Positions 1 to 9,679 of a DNA stretch of 64,000 nt are shown here, piece by piece; the first letter of the stretch is position 1, and each line of letters opens with the position of its first letter. The notes below the pieces were generated by a model. It saw only the letters and a program-made list of their open reading frames with translations, made no database searches and was not told the origin of the DNA. The position numbers and the translations under genes were made by a program. Location: positions 186,001 through 250,000 of IMG/VR virus record IMGVR_UViG_3300031857_000005, one strand, 5' to 3'.

Positions 1-1
1 T

Positions 2-2095
2 GAATTAAAAATCGCATTAAACGTTGGTGATATATTATATTCGGCAGGAACTGGAACCGACTCAACTGTAAGAGTAGACAATGGAAATTTTGCAAATGGT
101 AACTGCTCAATTGTTGCTGGAGGAAGTGGAAATATTAGTGATAGTCAATATTCAACAATCGGTGGTGGATGTAATAACACAATAAATAATTTTACAACAA
201 ATTCTAACTATTATTCGGTAGTTGGGAATTTAATTGGTGGGGGTAATCGTAATACAATTGATTCTAATACGTTAAATGATGCCGATGTTGGTGGATCAGT
301 AATTGGTGGTGGTTATGTAAATCAATTGATTTCACCTTTTTATGGTTTCAACACGGTTAATGGTGGGGTTTTAAATAGAACATTTTTTGATTATAGTACA
401 ATTGGTGGTGGAGCAATCAATGTTAACTTAGATTCGTTTACAACAATCGGTGGTGGAGCATTTAATACAAACTCAAGTTATACATCAACAATCGGTGGTG
501 GTAATAATAATACAATTGGAACTTTATCTTCTTATTATAATGATCCTATTATTGGTCAAACTATAGGTGGTGGATCTTGTAATACAATGTCATCTTATAG
601 TGCTCAGTATTATAATGGTGGTAGTACAATTAGTGGTGGATATTGTAACACAACAGTTTCTTCATATTATGGAGGGCAAACTATATCAGGAGGGTTTAAT
701 AATATAACATCAAGTGATTATGCAACAGTTGGTGGAGGGGTTAGAAACACATCAAGTGGTTATTATTCAACTGTAAGTGGTGGGATTAACAATACATCAA
801 GTTGTGGTGGTTCATTTATTGGTGGTGGTTGTAACAACACATCAAGTTGTAATTATTCTACCGTAAGTGGAGGTTATAGAAATACATCAAGTTGTTGTAA
901 TTCAACAATAGGTGGTGGTAGAAGTAACACAGTAAGTTCTTGTTATTCAACTGTTAGTGGGGGTCGTAACAACGTATCCGGAATTAGCGGAACTATATCA
1001 GGAATTTATGATCAAACATATAATGGAGGAACATTTAGTGGTTATTATGGGTCATATTCACCAACCTCAACATCTTCAGGGTTTGGTAATGGAGGAACAT
1101 TCTCATTTAATTTTAATACGGGAACATTGTCTAACGTTTATGTTAACACAATTGGTCAAAGTTATGTTCAAGGAGATACGTTATTATTTGACGGTACTTT
1201 ATTTGGTGGATCAAGTGGTACTGATGATGTGACAATTAAAATTAATGTGACATCAAGTGGTAATAATTCTACCGTAAGTGGAGGTTATTGTAATACATCA
1301 ATTGGTAGTAGTTCAACAGTAAGTGGTGGTAAAAGAAACACATCAAGTGGTAGTTATTCAACAATTGGAGGTGGTAATGTTAACACATCAAGTTGTTATT
1401 ACTCAACCGTTGGTGGTGGTAGAAATAACACGTCAAGCGATTATTGTTCAACCATTGGTGGTGGTTTTAATAATAAAATTAATCCAGCATCATCCGATAG
1501 TGGTACTATATACGCATCAACAATAGGAGGAGGATCTTGTAATACAATCGGAACATTATCGGCATATTATGATGTATATGGTGCAACAATAGGTGGGGGA
1601 ACTTGTAATACAGTTGGGACATTATCCTCTTATTGTGGTGTGTATAGCTCAACAATTGGTGGAGGTTCCTTTAATATAATATCATCCTACAGTGGATACT
1701 ATGAAATGTATGGTAATACAATAGCTGGTGGTACTTTTAATACAACGGTATCTTCAGAATACAACGGACAAACAATTGGTGGAGGTCGTGGTAATGTAAC
1801 AAGGTATAATTATTCAACTGTAAGTGGGGGTAGAACTAACACATCAAGTGGTTATTATTCAACAATTGGTGGTGGTATAAATAACACATTAATAAATGGT
1901 TGTTCGGCAATACTTGGAGGAATATGTAATACGTCACAACACGATTGTTCATTTATTGTTGGTAGTGGTATATGTAGTACTGCCGCAAACACAACACACG
2001 TAAATTGTCTACATTTCAGTAACATACCTACATCGTCAGCAGGACTTGCACCAGGTACTGTATATAGTGATTCGTGTGTATTAAAAATAGTATAA
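2..2095 (+). CDS. Gly/Ser/Thr-rich beta-repeat fibre/adhesin-like virion protein (5' end lies outside the window)
   Basis: Frame is open from base 2 (ELKIALNVGDILYSAGTG...), so the TTG at 326 is not the true start. About 15-aa repeats S-T-[IV]-[GS]-G-G-x-x-N-T (YadA/AIDA-like beta-roll). C-terminal IPTSSAGLAPGTVYSDSCVLKIV resembles common phage fibre termini. Confidence 0.7.
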   Translation, partial: ELKIALNVGDILYSAGTGTDSTVRVDNGNFANGNCSIVAGGSGNISDSQYSTIGGGCNNTINNFTTNSNYYSVVGNLIGGGNRNTIDSNTLNDADVGGSVIGGGYVNQLISPFYGFNTVNGGVLNRTFFDYSTIGGGAINVNLDSFTTIGGGAFNTNSSYTSTIGGGNNNTIGTLSSYYNDPIIGQTIGGGSCNTMSSYSAQYYNGGSTISGGYCNTTVSSYYGGQTISGGFNNITSSDYATVGGGVRNTSSGYYSTVSGGINNTSSCGGSFIGGGCNNTSSCNYSTVSGGYRNTSSCCNSTIGGGRSNTVSSCYSTVSGGRNNVSGISGTISGIYDQTYNGGTFSGYYGSYSPTSTSSGFGNGGTFSFNFNTGTLSNVYVNTIGQSYVQGDTLLFDGTLFGGSSGTDDVTIKINVTSSGNNSTVSGGYCNTSIGSSSTVSGGKRNTSSGSYSTIGGGNVNTSSCYYSTVGGGRNNTSSDYCSTIGGGFNNKINPASSDSGTIYASTIGGGSCNTIGTLSAYYDVYGATIGGGTCNTVGTLSSYCGVYSSTIGGGSFNIISSYSGYYEMYGNTIAGGTFNTTVSSEYNGQTIGGGRGNVTRYNYSTVSGGRTNTSSGYYSTIGGGINNTLINGCSAILGGICNTSQHDCSFIVGSGICSTAANTTHVNCLHFSNIPTSSAGLAPGTVYSDSCVLKIV

Positions 2096-2152
2096 AAAAT
2101 AATATCAAAAAACATTTCTTAAGAGGAATAAATAAATAAAAAACAAATAAAA

Positions 2153-2344
2153 ATGGAAAACAGAGAAATTAAATTATTGTTTAAATATGAGACACCAGTT
2201 ACTATTGGTGAACATAAAGTAATTGCAATTAGACAAACACCAAAAGGTATTAGATTTAGAACTGAAAATGGTCCTATTTTAAAGGAGGTTGAACGTAAAG
2301 AAACATGGACTGAACAAGAATTGCATGATTTATTGTTGAGTTAA
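2153..2344 (+). CDS. hypothetical protein (63 aa)
   Basis: ATG with A-rich leader; fills the intergenic gap. Confidence 0.6.
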   Translation: MENREIKLLFKYETPVTIGEHKVIAIRQTPKGIRFRTENGPILKEVERKETWTEQELHDLLLS

Positions 2345-2396
2345 TATTTTAAAAAAAATACATATACTTTTACAAACATATTATTAAAATTGTAAT

Positions 2397-3140
2397 ATGT
2401 TTGTAACTGTATGTAATAAAGAATATCTTATTGGTTTTGAGGTAATGTTAAAATCTCTTGTGGAGAATAACCCAAGAGTTATTGAGGAAGATATCCCATT
2501 CACAATTATTAGTAATGATTTAACATCAGATGATTTAATAGTTGCGAGAAAAATTCATAATAATATTTCATTAAAAACCTATGATTCATCAAAATATTAT
2601 GAAATTGATGAGTTAAAAAAACAACAGATGTCGTTTGGTGATTACGCCAAATATGAAATATTTTCTATTGAGGATGTTGATAAAATCATATTTCTTGATT
2701 CCGATACTTTAATATTAGGGAACATTGATAGATTAATTGACTCTGATTATAATTTTGGTGCTGTTAGAGAATTGTATATTGACCAATACAATACCGGAGT
2801 AATAGTCATTTCAAAGAAATATTTAAACCCTAAAATCACAAATGATTTAATCAATTTAACAAAAGTTTATGGAATAACTGAACATTCCGATCAGGATATT
2901 ATAAATCATTACTTTGAAGACGTTATTAAAGATTTCCCAATTGAATATAATTTTTTAAAAACATACAATAAAAAAGTATTCCAAAACACAGGGTTACCTA
3001 AGTACATCAAAATATTACACTACATAGTTAAAAAACCTTGGCAACAAAAAGAATTAGTGTCTTTAGAAGAAGGGACTTTATGGACTGAAAGATATTGGTT
3101 TGATTATTATTCAAAAATACTTAAACTAAAAAATGATTAA
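2397..3140 (+). CDS. glycosyltransferase family 8
   Basis: IIFLDSDTLI (DxD), YNTGVIVI, SDQDIIN, YNF, ILHYIVKKPW motifs. Confidence 0.85.
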   Translation: MFVTVCNKEYLIGFEVMLKSLVENNPRVIEEDIPFTIISNDLTSDDLIVARKIHNNISLKTYDSSKYYEIDELKKQQMSFGDYAKYEIFSIEDVDKIIFLDSDTLILGNIDRLIDSDYNFGAVRELYIDQYNTGVIVISKKYLNPKITNDLINLTKVYGITEHSDQDIINHYFEDVIKDFPIEYNFLKTYNKKVFQNTGLPKYIKILHYIVKKPWQQKELVSLEEGTLWTERYWFDYYSKILKLKND

Positions 3141-4041
3141 AAGACATTACGATAAAAGTGAGTTATTAAACTACGTTGAGTTAGATAAGGATACAACAAC
3201 ATTAGAGAATAAAGTAATATTATTACATTTAGATTCTTTTTGTTTGGGGGATACTATTTGTTTTGCGTCATTTATTGATTCATTTATAGATTACCACAAC
3301 CCAAAAAAAGTTATTGTATCCACATTTTTTCCTCATTTATTAATATCAAATAATGAAAAATGTGAAATTATTAACGCCAATCAACAAAAAAAATTAACAA
3401 TAGATAAATTAATTGATGTTGGTTATGATAAAAATAATATGTCACATACTTTGGGTGGTATGTTGTATGCAACCAAAGATACAATGATGATACCACAATC
3501 AACCGAACCAAAAAAACCAACATTAATACCAAAATTTAAAAACGTTAAATCAAATAAAATAACTATTGCTCCCGAATCATTAAAATCAATTGCTCAATGG
3601 GATAGAGATGGTTGGCAGTTAGTTGTTGATTCTTTGGTTAATTCTGGTTTTGAGGTTTTTAATGTCTCTTACGAAGATACATTAAAATTAAATAATGTTA
3701 AAGGATATCACGGATTTGATGATATCAACGTCTCGTTAAATCACATATTAGAATCAAGATTGTTTATTGGGCTATCTTCGGGATTATCTTGGTTGGCATG
3801 GGCGTATGATGTTCCAGTTGTTATGATTTCAGGTTTTACAAAAGAACACAATGAATTTGATTGTTTTAGAGTTATTAATAAAAACGTTTGTAATGGGTGT
3901 TTTAATTTATTTCCAAATATTAGCACTAAATGTCCGATATTTTTAAATACAGAAAGAGAAAACGAATGTCATAAAAAAATAACACCAAAAATGGTTATAG
4001 AACAAATAAACAAGGCAATTATGTTTACAAACAATAAATAA
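3133..4041 (+). CDS. autotransporter O-heptosyltransferase-like (TibC/Aah, GT-B) glycosyltransferase
   Basis: LGDTICF; FIGLSSGLSWLAWAYDVPVVMISGFT; four-Cys cluster CNGC-x10-C-x11-C resembling the TibC iron finger. Confidence 0.75.
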   Translation: MIKRHYDKSELLNYVELDKDTTTLENKVILLHLDSFCLGDTICFASFIDSFIDYHNPKKVIVSTFFPHLLISNNEKCEIINANQQKKLTIDKLIDVGYDKNNMSHTLGGMLYATKDTMMIPQSTEPKKPTLIPKFKNVKSNKITIAPESLKSIAQWDRDGWQLVVDSLVNSGFEVFNVSYEDTLKLNNVKGYHGFDDINVSLNHILESRLFIGLSSGLSWLAWAYDVPVVMISGFTKEHNEFDCFRVINKNVCNGCFNLFPNISTKCPIFLNTERENECHKKITPKMVIEQINKAIMFTNNK

Positions 4042-4058
4042 AATATTATTATAAATTT

Positions 4059-4946
4059 ATGGAAAAAAAATATTCAATATTTCATATAGAAGGTGGGTTA
4101 GGAAAACATATATGTGCAACTGCGGTTGCAAAATGTATTAAGAATAATTTCCCTGAAAGAGAGTTGATTGTGGTATGTGCTTACCCTGAAATATTTTTAA
4201 ATTTAGAATTTATTGATAGAGTGTATAGAATTGGTAACACACCATATTTCTACGATGACTTCATTAATGATAAAGATTCAAAAATATTTAAACATGAACC
4301 TTATTTCACTGATGAACACATACATAAAAAATTACCTCTAATTGAGAATTGGTGCAAACTGTTTAATTTGAATTATTTAGGAGAGAAACCTGAATTAGTA
4401 TTTAATCTTAGGCAAAAACAAACAGGTATTAACAAATGGAAAAGAGATAAACCTGTGATGGTAATCCAAACAAACGGAGGACCCTTAAATGATCAACCTT
4501 ATCCATATTCTTGGACTAGAGATATTCCGTATGATGTTGCTCAACATTTAGTTAATTATTTTTCACCACAATATCACATAATTCAAATATGTAGAAATGA
4601 AAAAAATGCAATTGCAGGATGTGAAGTTATTACAGAACAAATGTCTAACATGGAATTGTTTTCACTATTGTTTATGTCTGAAAAAAGAATTTTAATTGAT
4701 TCTTGTTTGCAACACGCATCTGCGGCAATGGGAATACCATCAACTGTTTTATGGATAGGTACATCGCCAGTTATGTTTGGTTATAACACACACAAAAATA
4801 TTATTGCAAAATTACCTAACACGGTGAAATTACCTGATAGTTATTTGTTTGATTATAATTTTAATGGGTTAACACATGAATGTCCTTTAATAGATACCGA
4901 TATTTTTGATATCGACGAAATAATATATAATATAAATAATTTTTAA
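4059..4946 (+). CDS. GT9-like (GT-B fold) glycosyltransferase
   Basis: N-terminal IEGGLGKHICAT; C-terminal LIDSCLQHASAAMGIPSTVLW matches the GT9 DSG..H.A.A.G.P motif. Confidence 0.7.
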   Translation: MEKKYSIFHIEGGLGKHICATAVAKCIKNNFPERELIVVCAYPEIFLNLEFIDRVYRIGNTPYFYDDFINDKDSKIFKHEPYFTDEHIHKKLPLIENWCKLFNLNYLGEKPELVFNLRQKQTGINKWKRDKPVMVIQTNGGPLNDQPYPYSWTRDIPYDVAQHLVNYFSPQYHIIQICRNEKNAIAGCEVITEQMSNMELFSLLFMSEKRILIDSCLQHASAAMGIPSTVLWIGTSPVMFGYNTHKNIIAKLPNTVKLPDSYLFDYNFNGLTHECPLIDTDIFDIDEIIYNINNF

Positions 4947-4947
4947 T

Positions 4948-5769
4948 ATGGTAGAAAAGATATTTTTTCAAAGCTCATTACCAAGAGCTGGTTCAACATT
5001 ATTACAAAACATAATGGGGCAAAATCCTGATTTTTATGTTACACCAACTTCAGGTGTTTTAGAACTTGTATATGCCGCAAGAAACAATTACACTAACTCG
5101 CCTGAATTTAAGGCTCAAGATTCTAAATTAATGAAAGATGGGTTCATATCATTTTGTAAAAATGGTATGGAGGGATTTTTTAATGGTGTAACAGATAAAC
5201 CTTATGTTTTAGATAAAAGTAGAGGGTGGGGAGTTCACTATGGTTTTTTAAATTCTTTTTATCCTGAACCTAAAATAATTTGTATGGTTAGAGATCCAAG
5301 ATCAATTTTTGCGTCAATGGAGAAAAATTTTAGGAAAAGTCAACATTTAGATTCAGGATTGGTTAATCATGCTCAAATGGCAGGAACAACGACTGAAAAG
5401 AGAATTGATATATGGGCTCAATCACAACCTGTTGGTTTGGCTTTAGAAAGATTACAACAAATTTTTAGAGAAGGGGTAAACGACAAAATATTGTTTGTTA
5501 GATTTGAGGATTTAACCTCAAGTCCTAAAACAGAAATAGAAAGAATTTATACCTATTTAGGATTACCGTATTATGAAGGTCATGACTTTAATAACGTAAC
5601 TCAAATTACAAAAGAAGATGATTCAATTTATGGTATTTACGGTGATCATGTCATTAAACAACGAATAGAACCTACCAAAAAAGATTATCGGGATATCTTA
5701 GGTGATGATGCTTCTAATTGGATAAAAAACAGATACAAATGGGTATTTAATCAATTTGGTTATTTTTAA
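4948..5769 (+). CDS. PAPS-dependent sulfotransferase
   Basis: 5'-PSB motif SSLPRAGSTLL; 3'-PB motif MVRDPRSIFAS; VRFEDL. Confidence 0.85.
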   Translation: MVEKIFFQSSLPRAGSTLLQNIMGQNPDFYVTPTSGVLELVYAARNNYTNSPEFKAQDSKLMKDGFISFCKNGMEGFFNGVTDKPYVLDKSRGWGVHYGFLNSFYPEPKIICMVRDPRSIFASMEKNFRKSQHLDSGLVNHAQMAGTTTEKRIDIWAQSQPVGLALERLQQIFREGVNDKILFVRFEDLTSSPKTEIERIYTYLGLPYYEGHDFNNVTQITKEDDSIYGIYGDHVIKQRIEPTKKDYRDILGDDASNWIKNRYKWVFNQFGYF

Positions 5770-5774
5770 TTATT

Positions 5775-6233
5775 ATGGAGAATAAAATTTATTGGTTTAC
5801 CGGTCAGCCAGGTGCGGGAAAGACAGTTTTGTCTTTAATGTTAAAAACGGTTTTAGAACTTGACAATAGTAATAAAGTATTTCATATTGATGGAGATGAA
5901 TTAAGAAGTCTTTTTAATAATCAAAAATACGGTAGAGAAGGTCGTGAAGAGAATATAAAACGAGCACAAGATATTGCTAAATTTATATTAGCTCAAGGAC
6001 ATAGTGTTGTTGTTAGTTTGGTTGCACCATACAAAGAACTTAGAGAAAGTCTTAAACAAGAGTTGGGTAATTTGCTTGTTGAGTTTTATGTTCACACTAC
6101 AGATATTAGAGGTAGAGAACATTTTCACACCGACGAATATGAAAAACCAACAGAAAATTATTTAGATATTAATACAACTAATGTTGACCCACAAATATCA
6201 CTAAACCAAATAATAGAACACATTTCAAAATGA
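5775..6233 (+). CDS. cysC: adenylyl-sulfate (APS) kinase
   Basis: WFTGQPGAGKT P-loop, IDGDELR, R.ENI.R, VSLVAPY, YEKP. Confidence 0.9.
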   Translation: MENKIYWFTGQPGAGKTVLSLMLKTVLELDNSNKVFHIDGDELRSLFNNQKYGREGREENIKRAQDIAKFILAQGHSVVVSLVAPYKELRESLKQELGNLLVEFYVHTTDIRGREHFHTDEYEKPTENYLDINTTNVDPQISLNQIIEHISK

Positions 6234-6694
6234 ATTGGGAAGTAAAAAATCACGGAGGAGAACCTACAACAAACGAAAGTAAAAAATATGCAATATTTGT
6301 TGGTAGATACCAACCATACCATTATGGACATATTGAGTTAATACAACAAAAATTAAATCAAGGAATTCCTGCTCTTATTATGGTTAGGGATATTGAACCT
6401 GACGAAAAAAATCCATTTACCACTGAACAAACGGTAAAGATGATTGAGGAATATCATAACTCAAAAGGTGATGATGTTAAAGTTGTTATTATTCCTGATA
6501 TTGAATCTGTTAATTACGGTAGAGGTGTTGGGTATGAAATAAATGAATTCACACCACCAGATAATATTGGATTCATATCTGCAACAGGAATAAGAAACTC
6601 AATTGCTAAAGGTGACGACAAATGGAAAGATATGGTGGACGAATCAATACAAGATTATATAATTAATTTTTTAACATATGCAAATACAAAGTAA
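6230..6694 (+). CDS. small HIGH-superfamily nucleotidyltransferase (NadM/Sat-like; candidate minimal ATP sulfurylase)
   Basis: GRYQPYHYGH (HxGH) and ISATGIR motifs; ATGA overlap with cysC. Confidence 0.7.
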   Translation: MNWEVKNHGGEPTTNESKKYAIFVGRYQPYHYGHIELIQQKLNQGIPALIMVRDIEPDEKNPFTTEQTVKMIEEYHNSKGDDVKVVIIPDIESVNYGRGVGYEINEFTPPDNIGFISATGIRNSIAKGDDKWKDMVDESIQDYIINFLTYANTK

Positions 6695-7118
6695 AACTTA
6701 TCAAATCAGATTTAACACAGATTCAAAAACTGATGATGAAAGATGGAGATTAATTGAAAACGGTAACGAGACATTAGTTTCAGACATCATTATTGATGGA
6801 CACACTCAAACAACTAAAGATTGGTTACCGGAAATTAATGATTATAAATGGCATGTTAGTTGTGTTGGTTATTGTAGTATTGAGAATAATGTTGCATATA
6901 TAAAAACCATAAAAGAAGAATCTGTATTAATTAGACATATTTTAAAAACAGTTAGTTATAGATTTTTAGGAACCTTAACTACAGTTGTTGTTGCATATTC
7001 GTTAGGGGCAACAATTGAGGTTTCGGCATTGCTTGGTGTTGGTGAACTTATTATGAAACCATTTATATATTTTGGTCACGAAAGATTGTGGTATAAATAT
7101 ATAAGAATTAAAAAATAA
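6678..7118 (+). CDS. N-terminal small beta domain fused to a DUF2061-like membrane domain
   Basis: C-terminus RHILKTVSYRFLGTLTTVVVAY...ELIMKPFIYFGHERLW matches DUF2061 as I recall it; two hydrophobic helices. Confidence 0.7.
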   Translation: MQIQSKTYQIRFNTDSKTDDERWRLIENGNETLVSDIIIDGHTQTTKDWLPEINDYKWHVSCVGYCSIENNVAYIKTIKEESVLIRHILKTVSYRFLGTLTTVVVAYSLGATIEVSALLGVGELIMKPFIYFGHERLWYKYIRIKK

Positions 7119-7146
7119 CTTTCTTTCATTGTATTTATAAGATACA

Positions 7147-7641
7147 ATGGAGCAATCAATTACTATACAAAGTATTAATTATGACGGTGAACTTGCTAAT
7201 ATCTTATTTAAACCAGATATTAGCGAAACCGTATATAATTTAGGTGATCAGTTTTTACCTTTTGTGTTTAATTCAAACACAATTAACCCTAATTTAGAAG
7301 TATTTGGGACATATACTATATTAATTTTATTTAATAAATGCCCATATTTTTTAAATGTCCCAAGACTTACTCCTACACCGACACCTACAAATACGCCAAC
7401 TAGAACACCAACACCTACACCAACACCTACGATTACACCTACACCTACGTTCGATCCTTGTAAGGTACCAACACCAACACCAACGGTTACTACAACGCCT
7501 ACGATTACACCTACAAATACACCAACTCCAAGTGTGACTTGTACAAATCCTTGTGGTTGTCCTGAACCAAGTAAAACACCAAAACCAAGTAAAACACCAA
7601 AACCGACACCTACTTGTACAAGTCCTTGTGGTTGCCCATAA
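7147..7641 (+). CDS. Pro-Thr repeat (mucin-like) virion-associated protein with Cys-rich C-terminus
   Basis: Long (PT)n tract; CTNPCGCP and CTSPCGCP motifs; TATTTATA motif upstream. Confidence 0.7.
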   Translation: MEQSITIQSINYDGELANILFKPDISETVYNLGDQFLPFVFNSNTINPNLEVFGTYTILILFNKCPYFLNVPRLTPTPTPTNTPTRTPTPTPTPTITPTPTFDPCKVPTPTPTVTTTPTITPTNTPTPSVTCTNPCGCPEPSKTPKPSKTPKPTPTCTSPCGCP

Positions 7642-7694
7642 ACAATTTAATTTTTGATTAAATGTTTTATTGTATTTATATAATGTAATTTAAA

Positions 7695-9632
7695 ATGATA
7701 CATCAAATTTCAATAACAGGAGTAACAGGAACTCCACCATATTCAATATCGGTATGTGATTCAACATACACATATTGTTATTTGGTTACAGGTTCAACAA
7801 CAATACCACCAACATTTACTTTTGATGTTCCATCACCTTTAGATGGAGTTAATAATTTAATTGTAAAAATAACTGATTCTACAGGATGCGAATACTTTGA
7901 ACCTTATAGTTGTCCTCCTACACCGACACCAACACCTACTCTAACACCGACACCAACACCTACCCCAACCGATTTGTGTTATTGTTTAATGGCAGTTAAT
8001 TCATCCATGATGGATGGTTCGTTTGATTATATAGATTGTGATGGATTATCACAATTAAATATTCATGTCCCAAGTGGAATAACATATTATACTTGTGGAT
8101 CTAACCCGACAAACATAATTAATTTATCAATCGGAATAGGTGATTTATGTTCTTTATCCAGTTGTAATCCACCTTTACCTTCATTATCGGCAACACCAAC
8201 TCCTACTCCCACACCTTCGTCATTACCTTTTGCGTTTATTTCAGTTTGGTCGGCATCAACTACAATTGAACTTCCGTATTCACCAACTGGAACTTATTCA
8301 GGAATAATAGATTGGGGTGATGGTAATACATCTGTTAACTCATATGCAAATAGAACTCATACATATTCGATAACAGGTGATTATACTGTAACAATTACAG
8401 GTACAATTGAGGGTTGGGATTTTAATAATTATGCGACATCTTATAAAAACAATATAAAAGAAATATTAAGGTGGGGTCCACTAAAAGGAGAATCAGGTTC
8501 AAACAATGGCATGTTCTATGGTTGTCAAAATTTAATTATAACAGGTGTAACAGATACTATTAATTTAATTGGAATAACAAATTTGAGTAGTATGTTTTTT
8601 GGTTGTACTAGTTTAACTACCGTAAATAATATGGATAGTTGGGATGTATCATCTGTTAATAATATGTCGGGTATGTTTACATTGACATCTAATTTCAATC
8701 AACCAATAGGAAGTTGGGATGTTTCAAATGTTACAAATATGGCATCTATGTTCTCGTTATCCACAAACTTTAACCAAAACATCGGAAGTTGGGATGTTTC
8801 AAACGTTACCAATATGTTGGCTATGTTTTTAGCCGCGGCAAATTTCAATCAACCAATAGGAGGATGGGATGTTTCAAATGTTATCAATATGTCAGCTATG
8901 TTCGCAGGTTCTCAAAATTTCAATCAACCAGTAGGAAGTTGGGATGTTTCAAATGTTACCAATATGTCGTCTATGTTTGGTAATGCAACAAACTTCAATC
9001 AGACAATTGGGGGTTGGGATGTGTCAAATGTTACCAATATGGGTAATATGTTTGGTAATGCAACAAACTTTAACCAAAACATCGGAAGTTGGGATGTTTC
9101 AAATGTTACCGATATGAATGGTATGTTTTTATCGGCAATAAACTTTAACCAAAACATCGGAAGTTGGGATGTTTCAAATGTTACCGTTATGAATGGTATG
9201 TTTAATAATGCTACAAGTTTTAACAATGGAGGTTCTCCAAGTATAAATTTATGGAATGTTTCAGGTGTGACAAATATGTCATTTACTTTTTATACCGCAA
9301 CAAATTTCAATCAACCAATAGGAGGATGGGACGTATCTAATGTAACAAATATGGAAAATATGTTATCATTGGCAACAGTTTTTGATCAACCAATCGGAGG
9401 ATGGGATGTTTCATCAGTAACTAATATGAGTTTTATGTTAAATGGTACGTCATTATCAACACCTAATTATGATTTACTACTCAATGGATGGGCATCATTA
9501 GGAGGTTCATTACAACCCTCAGTTAATTTTAATGCCGGTACTTCTGTATATACGATTGCAACGGCTGGTGTGAGTAGAAATTATTTGACAGGAACCAAGT
9601 TATGGAATATAACTGACGGGGGAGGAATTTAA
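7695..9632 (+). CDS. virion decoration/adhesin: PT linkers, PKD-like domain and BspA/DUF285 26-aa surface repeats
   Basis: (PT)n tracts; IDWGDG..HTYS..G.YTVTITG PKD-like motif; repeats FNQ[PN]IGxWDVSNVTNMxxMF. Confidence 0.85.
   Translation: MIHQISITGVTGTPPYSISVCDSTYTYCYLVTGSTTIPPTFTFDVPSPLDGVNNLIVKITDSTGCEYFEPYSCPPTPTPTPTLTPTPTPTPTDLCYCLMAVNSSMMDGSFDYIDCDGLSQLNIHVPSGITYYTCGSNPTNIINLSIGIGDLCSLSSCNPPLPSLSATPTPTPTPSSLPFAFISVWSASTTIELPYSPTGTYSGIIDWGDGNTSVNSYANRTHTYSITGDYTVTITGTIEGWDFNNYATSYKNNIKEILRWGPLKGESGSNNGMFYGCQNLIITGVTDTINLIGITNLSSMFFGCTSLTTVNNMDSWDVSSVNNMSGMFTLTSNFNQPIGSWDVSNVTNMASMFSLSTNFNQNIGSWDVSNVTNMLAMFLAAANFNQPIGGWDVSNVINMSAMFAGSQNFNQPVGSWDVSNVTNMSSMFGNATNFNQTIGGWDVSNVTNMGNMFGNATNFNQNIGSWDVSNVTDMNGMFLSAINFNQNIGSWDVSNVTVMNGMFNNATSFNNGGSPSINLWNVSGVTNMSFTFYTATNFNQPIGGWDVSNVTNMENMLSLATVFDQPIGGWDVSSVTNMSFMLNGTSLSTPNYDLLLNGWASLGGSLQPSVNFNAGTSVYTIATAGVSRNYLTGTKLWNITDGGGI
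8590..9440 (+). repeat. tandem 78-bp (26-aa) DUF285 repeats, about 11 units
   Basis: Near-identical units, e.g. aaactttaaccaaaacatcggaagttgggatgtttcaaa near 8765, 9065 and 9141. Confidence 0.85.
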
Positions 9633-9679
9633 AAACATTTATTGAGTTTTATTTTTATTTTTTTATTATTAAAATAAAA

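Noticed and set aside
7370-7620. CRISPR-like or non-coding tandem repeats
   Set aside because: The repeats are in-frame Pro-Thr codons without spacers; no cas genes
8590-9440. DGR template/variable repeat pair in the DUF285 array
   Set aside because: Differences are not confined to adenines, all copies are in one ORF, and no reverse transcriptase is in the window
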